From Octopus vulgaris (lineage: Eukaryota): a DNA stretch of 64,000 bases. Below the pieces are notes generated by a model. The model ran no database searches. It saw only the letters and a program-made list of their open reading frames with translations, and was not told the origin of the DNA. Below, in pieces: positions 49,012-62,294 of this stretch. The translations under genes were made by a program, and so were the position numbers. Positions within the stretch are counted from its first letter, which is position 1. Each line of letters begins with the position of its first letter. The DNA is taken from positions 25,296,001 through 25,360,000 of the forward strand of contig OX597820.1 in NCBI GenBank assembly GCA_951406725.2. Reading direction: 5' to 3'.

Positions 49012-49390
49012 TAGGAGTGACTGTGTGGTAAGTAGCTTGCTTACGAACCACATGGTTCTGGGTTCAGTCCCACTGCGTGGCACCTTGGGCAAGTGTCTTC
49101 TACTATAGCCTTGGGCTGACCAAAGCCTTGTGAGTGGATTTGGTAGACGGAAACTGAAAGAAGCCCGTCGTATATGTTTGTGTGTCTGTGTTTGTCCCCC
49201 CCCCCCCCAACATCGCTTGGCAACCGATGCTGGTGCGTTTACGTCCCCGTAACTTAGCGGTTTGGCAAGAGAGACCGATAGACTAAGTACTAGGCTTACA
49301 AAGAATAAGTCCTGGGGTCGACTAAAGGCGGTGCTCCAGCATGGCCACAGTCAAATGACTGAAACAAATAAAAAAAGTTAAAGAGTAAAC
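49012..49390 (+). mobile_element. tRNA-derived SINE (family A), full length and young
   Basis: Complete head-body-tail with CpGs retained; further copies at ~22200, ~29500, ~44250, ~50600, ~54790, ~58200, ~60420 and ~60980. Confidence 0.88.
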
Positions 49391-49754
49391 AAAATAGAAG
49401 GAGGGTGTACTTGATTAAGTACACCCAGAATTAAATAAACATTCTTCTGACCATATTTGTAGCAATAATACAACTACCACAGTGTTTTAAATGAAAATTT
49501 GATTACAAACATTTCCGTGTCCTATTTGCAACAATAAACTGCAATGCCTTGATGCATAGATTTACAAACGGAATCCATAAATAACACATTTCTCTATTAA
49601 TACGAATATTGGTTTGCAGCAGGATTCTATATTATTGATTTCTAATTTTGGCACAAGGCCAGCAATTTCAGGGAAGAGGGCTAGTCGATGACATCGACTC
49701 CAGTACTCAACTGGTACTTACTTTATCGACGCCGAAATAATGAAAGGCAAAGTC

Positions 49755-49973
49755 CGTACTACTTAAGAAGAGTGGTCCCGGTGTGCGCACTCGCGTACTC
49801 GCGCATCCGCGCTAGCTAGTCGTGACTAGTCGATCCTACAATGACTACCTAGCAAAGTAAATAAAACACAAAATAAATAATTTTTTTTAAAACAAAGTAA
49901 ATAAAACACAAAATAAGGATCGACTAGCTAACGCGAGTGCGCGCACCGGGACCACTCTTCTTAAGTAGTACCG
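49755..49973. mobile_element. CpG-rich MITE with ~42-bp TIRs and an 8-bp TSD (Merlin- or hAT-like) inside a family B SINE
   Basis: C(G)GTACTACTTAAGAAGAGTGGTCCCGGTG... / ...CACCGGGACCACTCTTCTTAAGTAGTACCG; TSD GCAAAGTC / ACAAAGTC. Confidence 0.85.
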
Positions 49974-50599
49974 ACAAAGTCGACCTCGGCAGAATTTGAA
50001 CTTCGGATGCATAGACGAACGAAATGCTACAAAACACTTTGCCCAGCGAGAATAACGATTCTGCCAGCTCGCCGATTAGAATCTTGAATTATTATAAACA
50101 CTACTCCATCGAATAATTTATAAGTTCGTAGTATGAATTTCCTGGGACGGCAGCGAGCTGGCAGGATCGTTACAGCTACTAGACAAAACGCTTAAATGCA
50201 TTCTTCCCACTTTACTTTCTGAGTTCAAATTCTGCCGGGGTAGACTTTGCTCTTTATCCTCATTTCGGGATCGATTAAATAAATATCAGTTGAGCACTGG
50301 GATTCATGTAATCGACTTATCCCATCTCCCGAAATGGCTAGCCTTGTGCCAAAATTTAAGCCAATATAAATTTCTTGATATTCTTATACAGAGTTGTTTC
50401 CCCTCCAACGAAAATTTTGAATTGCAATTTACATGAGATGGTTTAGGGTAATCGTCAGCAACTTATATATTTTCAAAATGTAAAAAAAAAAGGGGGAAAA
50501 TGTAGCTTGGTTTTAAGACTTTAAAACATTTCTTTTTAATTACGAGTTGTTAGAGACTTCAGTAGCAAGCATTTTCAAATTCAACCAGATTTTAATGTT

Positions 50600-50866
50600 T
50601 ACTCATTTACTTGTTTCAGTCATTTGACTGTGGCCATGCTGGAGCACCGCCTTTTTTAGCCGAGCAAATCGACCCCCAGGACTTATTCTTTGTAAGCCTA
50701 GTACTTATTCTATCGGTCTCTTTTGCCGGACCGCTAAGTTACGGGGACGTAAACACACCAGCATCGGTTGTCAAGCGATGTGGGGGGGGGGGTAAACACA
50801 GACACACAAACACATACATACATGCATGCATGCATACATACATACATGTATGCATACATACATACA

Positions 50867-50900
<34 letters not shown>

Positions 50901-51088
50901 CATACATCCATACAAACATACATACAATGACGGGCTTCTTTCAATTTCCGTCTACCAAATCCACTCACAAGGGTTTGGTCGGTCCGAGGCTATAGTAGAA
51001 GACATTTGCCCAAGGTTCCACACAGTGGGGCTGAACCCGGAACCATGTGGTTGGTAAGCAAGCTACTTACCACTGCCACTCCTGTGCA
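50600..51088 (-). mobile_element. tRNA-derived SINE (family A), full length
   Basis: Reverse complement of 49012-49390 with an expanded (CATA)n. Confidence 0.85.
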
Positions 51089-51353
51089 TATAGAGATTTT
51101 CTACGAAATATTTTCTAATTTGTTTTCCTTATGATTTTAACAACTAAAAGGTCTTTGTTTGCTTTCCATTATTGTTTGAAAACTTCCTTTATGATTGTCG
51201 GCTAAGCATTTTCAACATCAGTGCATTTTCAGGTGCAGGCATGGCCATGTGGTAAGAAGTTTATTTCCCAACCACGTGGTTGCAGGTTCAAACCCACTGC
51301 ATGGCACTTTGGACAAGTGTCTTCTATTATAGCCCCAGGTCGAGCAAAGCCTT

Positions 51354-51769
51354 GTTAGTGTATTTGGTACGCAGAAACTGAAAGAAGCCCATCTCACTAA
51401 CACACACACACATATGTATGTATGTCTTTCTTTTTGTGTTTGTCTTTTGAATTGTTGGTTTGTTAACGTCACCATGACTTAACAGTTTAGCAAGACAGAC
51501 TGATAAAATAAGTACCAGACTTGATAAATATGCACTTTGGTCAATTTGTTCAGCTGTAACCGTTAGTGTATTTGGTACGCAGAAACTGAAAGAAGCCCAT
51601 CTCACTAACACACACACACATATGTATGTATGTCTTTCTTTTTGTGTTTGTCTTTTGAATTGTTGGTTTGTTAACGTCACCATGACTTAACAGTTTAGCA
51701 AGACAGACTGATAAAATAAGTACCAGACTTGATAAATATGCACTTTGGTCAATTTGTTCAGCTGTAACC
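51354..51769. repeat. Perfect 208-bp tandem duplication inside a SINE
   Basis: 51354-51561 equals 51562-51769; identical ORF text is offset by 208 nt. Confidence 0.9.
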
Positions 51770-51844
51770 TTCAAGGTGCTCCAGTATGGCCACAGACCTA
51801 TGACTCATTTTTTTGTCAACTATCTATCCCTACTTTGTTTTATA

Positions 51845-51893
<49 letters not shown>

Positions 51894-52178
51894 TAATTTT
51901 TATTTGTTTATTTATTTATTTATTTATTTATATTTCTATATATATATACATACTAGATTGAGGAAAAAGTTTGAGACGTTAAAATACTGAACTGAATGAA
52001 CACACACACACCACAAAAATATATAAAAAAGCATTATTTTAACATGGTGCACGAAATTTTGCCTCAACCTAATATATACACATATACATACAAAGTGAAT
52101 GTAAAAGGATAATAGATTGAGGTAGGTACCATTCAAACACTCTAGTAACACTAGCAGAGTTTGAAGTGAACTAGTGTA

Positions 52179-52736
52179 CGAGGGGGGGGGGCTGAAAAGC
52201 TCCTGGCTTTAAGGCTATCATAAAAGGCCTGGCTGTGATAAGTGCATGACTCTGAGCTGGGAATATCTCTCTATATATAAAGCTGAAGTTGTCTGTGTAT
52301 GGCTGGTTTGGTAGCCTTCAACTAACACTATCTCCTCCGAGACTCTGTGGCGCAAGTTGACCAAAATTGAGAGTATGATAGAAGAAGGCTTGCTCTTCCT
52401 TCCGTAGAAGAAAAAATTCAAATCAGACCATGTTAACAGCAAAAATTATTTACATAAAAAAAGGTGCTTTTTTTCTATGAAAATCCTTATTTTTTACGAT
52501 TTTTTGACTGCTGTGTCGCCATTTTTCGGTGTATTTCAACCAGAAAAATGTTCACTTAAAGAGAATAACAAGCTACATAATGTGAAATTTTTACTTTTCA
52601 AAAATTCCAATTCTAAAGGGTCGAAACAAACCCGAGCAATGCCGGGTGATACTGCTAGTATTGAATAAAATCATAATTAACAGATCCTCCTTTATTTTCT
52701 TTTATCCAAAGCCAGGAACTTTTCATCACTCCTTCA
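52179..52736. mobile_element. Mariner-like MITE carrying a nested Helitron
   Basis: CGAGGGG..GCTGAAAAGCTCCTGGCTTT / AAAGCCAGGAACTTTTCATCACTCC; related end at ~29897. Confidence 0.7.
52266..52658 (+). mobile_element. Non-autonomous Helitron (family 2)
   Basis: A|TCTCTC...CCCGAGCAATGCCGGGTGATACTGCTAG|T. Confidence 0.82.
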
Positions 52737-53154
52737 AATAATGGTTGAGACAGTTTTATAGTTTTAGTAGGAGACAATATGTGCTTAACGTAAAGGTATT
52801 GGGGAGAAATATGATATGGTTATAAAATCTGTTATCAGTATAACCACAGAGTGACCCTAATGTTTAGAGTTAGAAACCAGAGAAGGCTAAGTATTAAACT
52901 AGGTCAGAATATATTTCATCCACTAGCCTTAAGCAAAATGGACAGATATAATTTATGCAAGAGATATATGCATTGAAAAATATTAACAACCCTAACAAAA
53001 GAAAGAATAGATCAAGGACTTTATGAGTTGACAAATTAAAGTACCAGTCGAGCACTGGGGTAGATATAATCGACTACGCCCTCCCCACAAATTTCAGGCC
53101 TTGTGCCTATAGCAGAAACGATTATTATTACTATCGTTGTTGTTGTTGTTTATT

Positions 53155-54012
53155 GAAGTGATTGGTGATGCGCAATCCCACGCAGATCCAACCATGACAA
53201 CCCCCACCTCATGTGATATATTATAGACAGGGTAAATAAAGAACCTAGCATGAGTGGGTCTCTGATCAATTTGAATCAATCTAAAGCTTTTGATAAGGTC
53301 GACCACCAATATTTGGTGGCTGGTTTCAGTCCTGTCTTCTGTGACTGAATGACTGCAATGTACAGCAACACTAGCTCAGTAGTTCAGGTGAATGGTTACC
53401 TATCAGGACCATTCTGTCTGTCAAGGGTGTCCTCTCTCAACTCTTCTGTATGTACTGGCTCTTGAGTCATTACTGTGGAAATTGGAGGTATTGAGAAGCA
53501 TCTCATGTGAACAAAGATGTGGGAGAACCATGTCAGCATATGCAGATAACATCACTGTCATAGTGTTGACAGCAGGCAAAAAGGCCTGGTCAGCACTGCT
53601 CTAAAAGAATACGAGACAGTGACAGGAGCAAAAATTAACCCAGAAAAGTCAGTAGGCCTGCAGGTCAGCACCTGGTGAGGCAGGTCCATGCCGTCCAATA
53701 ACATCGTGGGATGCTGGATGGAAGGACCAGTTAAATTACTCAGGGTCTGATTTGATCCAGATTTCTAGTTGGAGAAGAACTGGGATGTGGTGACAAACAG
53801 GGTAGCCAATCTCATCCAGAAATGAGTAGAGAGAAAGTTATCCCTGAAAGGTCAGGCAGAAGTGGTGAATACATACATCGTCTCTGTCATATATTATCGC
53901 CTGACCATTGTGCCTTGCTCCAGTTCATGTCTGACTAAACTGGAGCATGTACTTTTCCACTTTCTATGGAAGGGGCACATTCCAGTTGTCAGGTGCTCCA
54001 TTTGCTGTCAAA
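53155..54012 (+). mobile_element. Tx1/L1-clade LINE RT relic
   Basis: LINLNQSKAFDKVDH, SVCQGCPLSTLLYVLALE, SAYADN and LSLKG.A motifs. Confidence 0.8.
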
Positions 54013-54785
54013 ACCTGCTGACTCTAGCAGCTCTTAAACTTTCTTCACTATTATCTACATAGGAGTCTAAATCTACTCTAGTGAGCTCCATCCAGTCTTC
54101 TACTGATATTAGCCCTCTTCCACCTTCCTTTCTAGGTAAGTATAATCTTGCTACTCCTGCTCTTGGATGGAGTCCTCCATTCATATTGAATTCCTTGTCA
54201 GATTCTAGTACTCCTAGATACACCTCTCTCCTTCTTTCAGTGATTTTAATGTCTGGCCATCTGGTTATTGGATGCCTTCAGTGTTGACTACCTATCCTCT
54301 TTTCATGAATAATATTGCACATTTATCTATGCTGAATTCCATGCTTATATCTTTGCTGAAGAGTCTTACAGTCTGTATTAAGGAATCTATCTCTTTTTCA
54401 TTCTTACTAAAAAGCTTCAAATCATCCATGCAGAGCAAATAATTCATTTTCCCCTTATTATTTCTGAACTGGTACCCTGCCTTTACATTCATTAATATTA
54501 AACTGAGGTGTGATCAAACATAAGACAAATATTAAAGGGAATAACAAGTCTCCTTTGAAAATTTCTCTCTTGATATTAACTTTCCCTAAGTAGAGATCTA
54601 CTTTCCATTTATTCATGCTGAAGCTAATTAATTCTCTATGTTGTTTCTTATACTGAATATATTCAAACATTCACTTATCCATGAGTGTGGGATCTTGTCA
54701 TCGGCTTTCCTATAATCTATCCATGCTATTGTTAGATTTTTCTTTCTAGATTTTACTTCATTTAGAACTGTTTTATCTATGAATG
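54012..54785 (-). mobile_element. R4/Dong-clade RT relic
   Basis: IFKGDLLFPLIFVLC, NYLLCMDDLKLF, YLGVLE, HPRAGVARLYLPRKEGGRGL. Confidence 0.82.
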
Positions 54786-55347
54786 GCATAGAAGCGGCTG
54801 TGTGGTAAGTAGCTTGCTTACGAACTACATAGTTCCGGGTTCAGTCCTACTGCGTGGCACCTTGGGCAACTGTCTTCTACTACAGCCTCGGGCCGACCAA
54901 ACCCTTGTGAGTGGATTTGGTAGATGAAAACTGAAAGAAGCCTGTTGTATATACGTGCATATATATATGTTTGTGTGTATGTGTTTGTATGTCTGTGTTT
55001 GTGCCTCCAACATCGCTTGACAACCAATGCTGGTGTGTTTACTTCCCCGTAACTTAGCAGTTCGACAAAAGAGACAGATAGAATAAGTACTAGGCTTACA
55101 AAGAATCCCTCTCAACACATGGCTATGATGGTTCCCCACTATTTCTGCTCGTGATCAGAGATGCACATATCGTCAGCCACTAAGGGACATGCTCAACTGG
55201 TTAAGGTCAAACAAATGACAAGCAAATCAGTGGTATTGAGCAGAATATTTGCTGTAGCTCATCTTTTATACCAAGACAAAACAATATACATGATAACACT
55301 TCCAATTAGTTAAGATCAGAAGCCACAAGAGCCACTGCCTGGTACTG

Positions 55348-55401
<54 letters not shown>

Positions 55402-55417
55402 TATTATTATTACTATT

Positions 55418-55452
<35 letters not shown>

Positions 55453-55509
55453 TCATCATCATTCATCATCATCATCATCATCATTATCATTATTATAATT
55501 ATTATTATG

Positions 55510-56870
55510 TTCTTTCCTTCTTTCTTCAAATTTTCTTCCATTTCTTGCCGAGTGTTTTCCATGCACCTAGGGCAGAGAAGGGCATTCCCAGATTACACGC
55601 GCAAATTCACAGATAGAATATGTATTTAAAAATTAATAAATAAATAAATTCATGGATGGATGTTATTTTCACAGCGATAATGCTCTTCTCAGTACATGAG
55701 CCGTTCCAGTTAATACGATTTTTTGCACTTCCTGTAGGGATGGTAAGCATGGAATCATTTTCAAATAGGTTTCAGTACCATTTTTTATCATTCCTAGAGA
55801 TCCTACAATCACTGGTACTGTAGTCACCTTGAGATGCCACGTTTTTTTCAATTTCTATTAGCAGGTCTTTATATTTACTCATCTTGTCAAATTCTTTCGC
55901 CGCTATATTGTGATCACAGGGAATACTCATGTCAATTAATAAACACGTCCTTTTTGTCTGATCTTTTATAATAATATCCGGTTTATTAGCTTTTATAGTC
56001 CTGTCGTTCTGCACGGGGAAGTCCCATAGAATCGACACATTTTCTCCCTCAGTCACAGCTTCAGGATGATGTTTATACCATTTGTCAGCGGTTTTGATTT
56101 TATAATGCCGACATATTGTCCAATGTAAATACTGGCCGACTCTGTCATGTCTTGCTTTATATTCTGCAGGTGCTAAAACTCTACACCCTGAGATTAGGTG
56201 GTCTATTGTTTCAATCTCATCGTTACAGAATCGGCATTTTGGGTCAGCTCCATTTTTTATCACATTGGCTTGGTAGTTCCGGGTTAATAAGCTTTGGTCT
56301 TGAGCAGCTAATATAAAACCTTCACTCTCCGCTTTTAGCCCTGAGCTTCGTAACCATTGGTGCATATGTTTCTGGTCAACATCAGCTTGTTTGCTACGGG
56401 CCACATACTTGCCATGGAGAGGTTTCTGTTCCCATCTGCTAGCTAAATTTTCATGTGCTTTTGTCTTTGCAATTAATTTTATTTTCTTTGCAGCTGCAGT
56501 TGGCACATTTCCTTCAGCCTGCTCAATCTGGTGGGTATCTAAGAGATCAGCAGCGAATTTTTTGCTCTCTTTGAGAATAGAGTGAAGTTTTTTAGGTCTT
56601 TCATGTTTTTCAACAAGTTCTAGCATCCAATCGTTGGTTGCTTCTAGGTATTTGGCCAGTCCGATTGTGGTGGTTTTGTATGTAAGTTCAAGCTGGATCA
56701 AACCTCGACCTCCCTGAGCTCTGGGAATGTAAAGGCGATTCACGTCTGCCTTTGGATGGTGCATCTTATTACAAGTCAGTAGCTTGCGGATTTTTCAGTC
56801 AATTTTCATTATTTCACTGGTATTCCAGTTAAGCACATTGAAGCTATTAAGAACAGCTGGTACTGCTAAG
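55510..56870 (-). mobile_element. R4/Dong-clade non-LTR retrotransposon, 5'-truncated (thumb, CCHC knuckle, RLE)
   Basis: ORF 55772..56764 RLYIPR..GGRGL, CRFC...ETIDHLISGC, RHD, KPDIII...IDMSIP; a frameshift continues into 55669..55851; flanked by (TTA)n. Confidence 0.92.
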
Positions 56871-56950
56871 GAAAGGAAAAGAATGCATATAATAAGGTTT
56901 TAGCCATAAATTCCTTATTATTATTATTATTATTATTATCACCGTTATTA

Positions 56951-57177
56951 GACAATAAGAAGAGCATGATGCAATTTGTAATAGAGATTGTTTATCCAAC
57001 AGATTGAACAATATCTCAAAAGATCATCTGTTCTCTTTGGGTTCAAAATGAAAACAAAAAAAGAATGCAGGAAGACATTTTGAACCCAAAGAAGACACAC
57101 TATCTGTTGATATATTGTCCAATTTGTTAAATAAACAATCTCTATTACAAATTGTATCACACTCTTCCTAATTGTTT
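56951..57177. mobile_element. Foldback MITE (~100-bp arms, 25-nt spacer)
   Basis: CAATTTGTAATAGAGATTGTTTA...GGGTTCAAAATG / CATTTTGAACCC...TAAACAATCTCTATTACAAATTG. Confidence 0.75.
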
Positions 57178-57256
57178 ATTTACCTTCATGAAGAGCTACA
57201 TCAATCTTTATGAATCCTCCTCCCCCTCCTTCTTCGTCTTCTTCTTCTTCTTCTTC

Positions 57257-57314
<58 letters not shown>

Positions 57315-57349
57315 CATTATTATTATCATCATCATCATCATCATCATCA

Positions 57350-57384
<35 letters not shown>

Positions 57385-57656
57385 TTCTTCTTTTTCTCCT
57401 TATTATTATTTTCTTCTTTGATAATAGCTTTCATTGGTCAAATTCCATTGTCTAATAAAGCACTATATGCCACAATCACTCAATGTATTTACTTACATTT
57501 TAGTACAGATGTAAGACAACACATTTATATCATTATGCATGCACATGTTGCCCTTCCCTGCCTGGCCCAAATAAGCACATGTCTCCTTTTTCATAAAATC
57601 TGAACAAGGGTTGAATGTATCTTGATAATTGCCTCCAAAAGTTTTGTCTATGTATT

Positions 57657-58040
57657 TATTACCTCCACCTTAACAAATGCAGAGGTATTGTTTTCAGTCG
57701 TACTTGTTTGTTTGTCCATGGACAAGATATCTCAAGAACCACTGGATGGATTTGGATGAAATTTTCAGGGATGTTTGGCCTTATGACTGGCACAAACTGA
57801 TTAGATTTTGGGATCAATCTGGTACCGGCAAGGATTCTAAATTATTTAGCCTGTTTTTTTTTGGGGGGGGGGTTGCTTAGTTTTTCTGAATGGTCGGGTT
57901 CATTTTTAGTATTCTCGTTTTTGAGAGCAGTCGAGTTTATTTCAGTTATTCTCATTTTAAAAATCCTCTCTGGCTAATCATTGAGAGAACACTGGTGTTG
58001 CCTTGGCGGAGGTTTGTGCTCACAGACTGAATACCTTTGT
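57657..58040 (+). mobile_element. Helentron-associated HINE (DINE-1-like)
   Basis: Subterminal IRs ACCTCCACC / GGCGGAGGT, (GTTT)n, T-rich flanks; 3' fragment also at 5640-5762. Confidence 0.6.
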
Positions 58041-58499
58041 TATAGATTCACTCAAACAAGGGTGACTTGTGGCTAAACAATAGCAACACTAACAAGAAGT
58101 TTATACATGAACAAGACCCAATTAAAGCCCTCAAATTTGTTAGCCTGCACAATCTTTGATGATCCCCCTTGATTACTTCATATATCTTTTCTTTTAGTCT
58201 TTTACTTGTTTCAGACATTTGACTGTGGCCATGCTGGAGTACTGCCTTTTGTCAAACAAATCAACCCCAGGACTTATTCTTTGTAAGTCTAGTACTCATT
58301 CTATCGGTCTCTTTTGCCAAACTTCTAAGTTACGGGGATGTAAACACATCAGCATCGATTGTCAAGCAATAGTAGGAGGACAAACACACATACAAATATA
58401 TACATTAACTGTAGAGTAATTTCTGGCCTCAGCCTACCAAAGGGAAGACATTTGAAAAATACACCCAAATATAATTTGTAGAACTTTATACATACTCGA

Positions 58500-58790
58500 T
58501 TTAGGTTGAGTGTTCTGTATCTAGTTCTGGAAATTATGTTTTGTAAGCGACAGACTACACTGACGATCTTGCAGATATCTGCGTGTTTGCATATGTAGAT
58601 ATTAACAAGTTAAACCATTAGTATGTAGGTAATCGTTTTTTATTTCGTATATTTTCATTTGTCTTGCTCATTTTTACATTTTAGCATATTGCTGAGATTT
58701 TTCTTGAGAACACACTCTTCGTGGTAATGGCGATTTGACGTCTATGTTTAGCATATTAGGTGTCCACTTTAGTGGTCATTCCTCTTAATT
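58500..58790 (+). mobile_element. Penelope-like pLTR fragment with a degenerate hammerhead
   Basis: CTACA-CTGACGA-TCTTG[..]CAAGT-TAAA-C..GTA-TGTAG; homologous to 17775-17975. Confidence 0.6.
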
Positions 58791-58813
58791 TTATATATAT
58801 CTATATATATATA

Positions 58814-59197
58814 TCTATAATATAAAATCCATTCTGTCTGTGTGTGTGTCTTCTAGGATCTCGGGCATCCTCCATCCGATTGCGCTCAAATTTGATATGT
58901 AGATACTGATGGTATCAGGGCGTGTATAAGTCTTGAAAAAATTACAAAAATCAATTCCAGGTGAGAATGCGATCGATAAAGCCGTGGGAACGTGCATTTG
59001 TACACGCAAGTACATCAACTGCTGCAGTAGATACTATGTGTATGTGAGAAAAATGCATGGTGTCTCAAGTTTAGGTTAAATCAGTGTTTCTCAAAGGGGA
59101 GGCCTATGGGACGGTCGGACAAGTTGTTTTGAGAAAATTTGGTTTAAATGTTTGACAACTCAGCACTGTCTATTGGACGGGGGGGGGCGTTTTGCTC

Positions 59198-59198
<1 letters not shown>
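58814..59198 (+). mobile_element. Non-autonomous Helitron-like element (family 1)
   Basis: Same 5' ~170 bp and 3' ~140 bp as 7468-8031, with a different middle. Confidence 0.6.
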
Positions 59199-59232
<34 letters not shown>

Positions 59233-59379
59233 CACACACAATAGGCTTCTTTCAGTTTCTGTTTACTAAATCTACTCACAAGGCTTATATATATATACAT
59301 CATTTCCAAAACTATATTTCAAAAAAACTAGGTTTTCTTCCAAGGAGACCCCAAATATTTCAGCTCTGATGTGTTACCT

Positions 59380-59710
59380 TATACAAAAGCACAAGTTAAC
59401 CATGTTGGGCTATAACTCACATATAACAGCGATGCAGCAACTCACTCATGCATCCTAGACTGCACTCAAAACCAGGCCACTTGGCTGATTGACAAAAGAT
59501 TCGATGACTAACACACTTAGCCAATGCAGTCTTCCTTTTCTTTATCCTTTCCACCACTACTACCACAGTCACTACTCCTCTAAACTAGCTCACTTGCATA
59601 ATATCCCCTTCACCCAGGCCTGTCTATCATATTTGCGGCGTCTTGTCGTATATCCCACACTAAACACTTTATTCAACCCTATTTCTTAGAACTGTAAACC
59701 TGCAATTCTC
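59380..59710 (+). mobile_element. CR1/L2-group LINE 3' relic
   Basis: Degenerate ILD..QNQA.WLI...FHHYYH...SSKL C-terminal RT tail. Confidence 0.4.
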
Positions 59711-60342
59711 TCACTGGTCATGTTACTACTGTTGTTGTTTAACCCAAGATACTTTTGATCAAGCAGATTTATGATTGATCATTCCATATTATTTTCAGAA
59801 AACACATCTTTTTCTATTGTACGATAAAGAGAGATTTTATGGGAATTTGCCTGCTATTTCTAGCAAGAGGAATGACCATGTGGTAGCTCTTTTATTGACT
59901 CATCCTTACTCATGTATTTCCGTCAAATGTCGATCTATAGATCGGCAAACTGAATAGCAATTGTAATGATATTACTCATCAAAGATGATCTCCACAGGGA
60001 GTTGTTTCTTCCTCCTCCTCCTCCCCCTCAACAGTTGGATGACAAAACCACATTCCGTCTGTTTTCATATGGCATATTCAGGACTTCACCTGTAGGAGCG
60101 GGCAAAAGATCAGGCATTCAAGAACAATGCTGGCTTAAACAAAGTCACTTAGAATATTTGTTCTGCACTGGGTTATGTGCACTTCCTTGTCTCTCTTGTC
60201 ATCAAAATGTCAGTGTATGCCATTCATTGATCCACCGAAAAAAAAATAATGGCTAACTGACTATGCTATTGTTCACTATTTATACATACCCTTTTCTCTT
60301 ATATGTTACAATATATTCAATATAGTTTGTACAATGACTTAA

Positions 60343-60373
<31 letters not shown>

Positions 60374-60585
60374 GTGTGTATATATACACACATATACATA
60401 TATATGTATATATACATAATATGTATATTAATTTCTTTTTTAAGCTTGGTATTTATTTTATCAGTTTCTTTTGCCAAACTGCTAAGTTACAGGGATGTAA
60501 ACACACCAGTACCAATTGTCAAGCGGTGGGTGGAGGGCCAAACACAGACACAATACACACACACAGACACAATACACACACACAT

Positions 60586-60621
<36 letters not shown>

Positions 60622-61184
60622 ATCTGATTAATGGGAGAGACAGAAAATGGAAGATATAAGAATATCTATTGATCACTACAATTGTTTCCACCCATTTAGC
60701 ATCGATCCCTCACGGGTGGAATACTGAACAACTGGTTTAGGAACATCCATTGGTGTAGATGTGCCTTTTTAGGTGATTACAAGATGTATTTCATTAAAAT
60801 AATGACAGGCTTCTTTGAGTTTGCATCTGTCAAATCCATTCACAAGGCTTTGGTCAGCCTGAGGCTATAGTAGAAGACATATGCCCAAGGTGGTATGCAG
60901 TGAGACTGAACTCAGAACCATCTGGCTGGGAAGCAAGTTTCTTATGACACAGCCATGCTTGTGCTTATTCTTTCAGTCATTTACTTGTTTCAGTCATTTG
61001 ACTGCGACCATGCTGGAGCACTGCCTTTAGTTGAGCAAATCGACCCCAGGACTTATTCTTTGTAAGCCAAGTACTTATTCTATCAGTCTCTTATGCCAAA
61101 CCACAAAGCGACAAGGACATAAACACACTAACATCAGTTGTCAAGCAATGTTGGGGGGACAAACACAGACACACAAACATATAC

Positions 61185-61238
<54 letters not shown>

Positions 61239-62117
61239 ATATACGACAGTCTTCTTTCCGTCTCCCAAATCCACTCTCAGATCTATTCACAAGGCTTTGG
61301 TCAGCCCGAGGCTGTAGTAGAAGACACTTTTCCAATGTGCCACGCAGTGGGACTGAACCCGGAACCATGTGGTTGGTAAGCAAGCTACTTACCACGCAGC
61401 CATCACTTTAGAGAACTGTTCCATCCTTTCCCTTCAGGAATTTGTTAAATGAAAGTTTTTTTAAATCCGAAATTTTCCAGGCCTAATTACCATACCAAAG
61501 CAGTCATACCAATAAAGTCACCTATGGTATTTTCTTTTTCAACAATGCCAGCATTTCAGGAAAATTTCATTTTATTAAAAAATATTTGTCACAAAGGTTT
61601 TCTTTATAGACTGAAACATAATTTATTGTGATATTAATAGGAAAGGTGTTCATGCCATACAATTACTCGAAATAATGAGATGAAACAGCGTAATATGACA
61701 CATAGGGAAAGTCTGTGTTAGCAATTCAACATGGGGGTTATATTTTTTATAAACCAAGTAAATAGTCAGGTATCATGATGTCTCTTCTTCAATTATCCTC
61801 AATTGAATATGCAACTGTGAGAACAGTTATTCGGAGAGTGTACCACAACTTGATCCAAATCACTCTGAATTGGTGAGACTGGAGGCTGTCATGGTGGCTC
61901 AGACGTCCTGACTCTCTGCAAAATTGGCAGCTAAATCGACCATATTTATAGGCTGTGTTCACAGAAAGTTCTAGTTGGACCACCAAAATATCACTTGAAC
62001 AACAGCCATTCTTAGGATATATTCTTGGTCGTGCATATGTTCAAACTTTCACTGAATTGTAGCTTGAGATTCATGTGGCAAAACATGGGATCAAATCTAA
62101 TACTACATATTGATTTA

Positions 62118-62294
62118 ATTCTGTTGTGTCTGGGGGAGTCATTCTCTGTTGGTGCCTTATAATTTAACACACTCACCGATAAAATTTCCACTTATTTTTT
62201 TTTTATTTTTCTAAAATTTTTGGAAATTTTACCGATGAGTGTGTTAAATTATAAGGCACCAAAAGAGAATGACTCTCCCCAGACACAACAGAAT
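62118..62294. repeat. Palindrome with ~73-bp arms (Penelope-type inverted end or MITE)
   Basis: ATTCTGTTGTGTCTGGGG...AAATTTCCA / TGGAAATTTT...CCCCAGACACAACAGAAT. Confidence 0.8.

Noticed and set aside
49012-49090. tRNA genes
   Set aside because: The A/B-box-like motifs are SINE heads without a complete cloverleaf.
59966-60256. 96-aa ORF with poly-Pro
   Set aside because: The poly-Pro comes from a (CCT)n repeat; no homology recognised.
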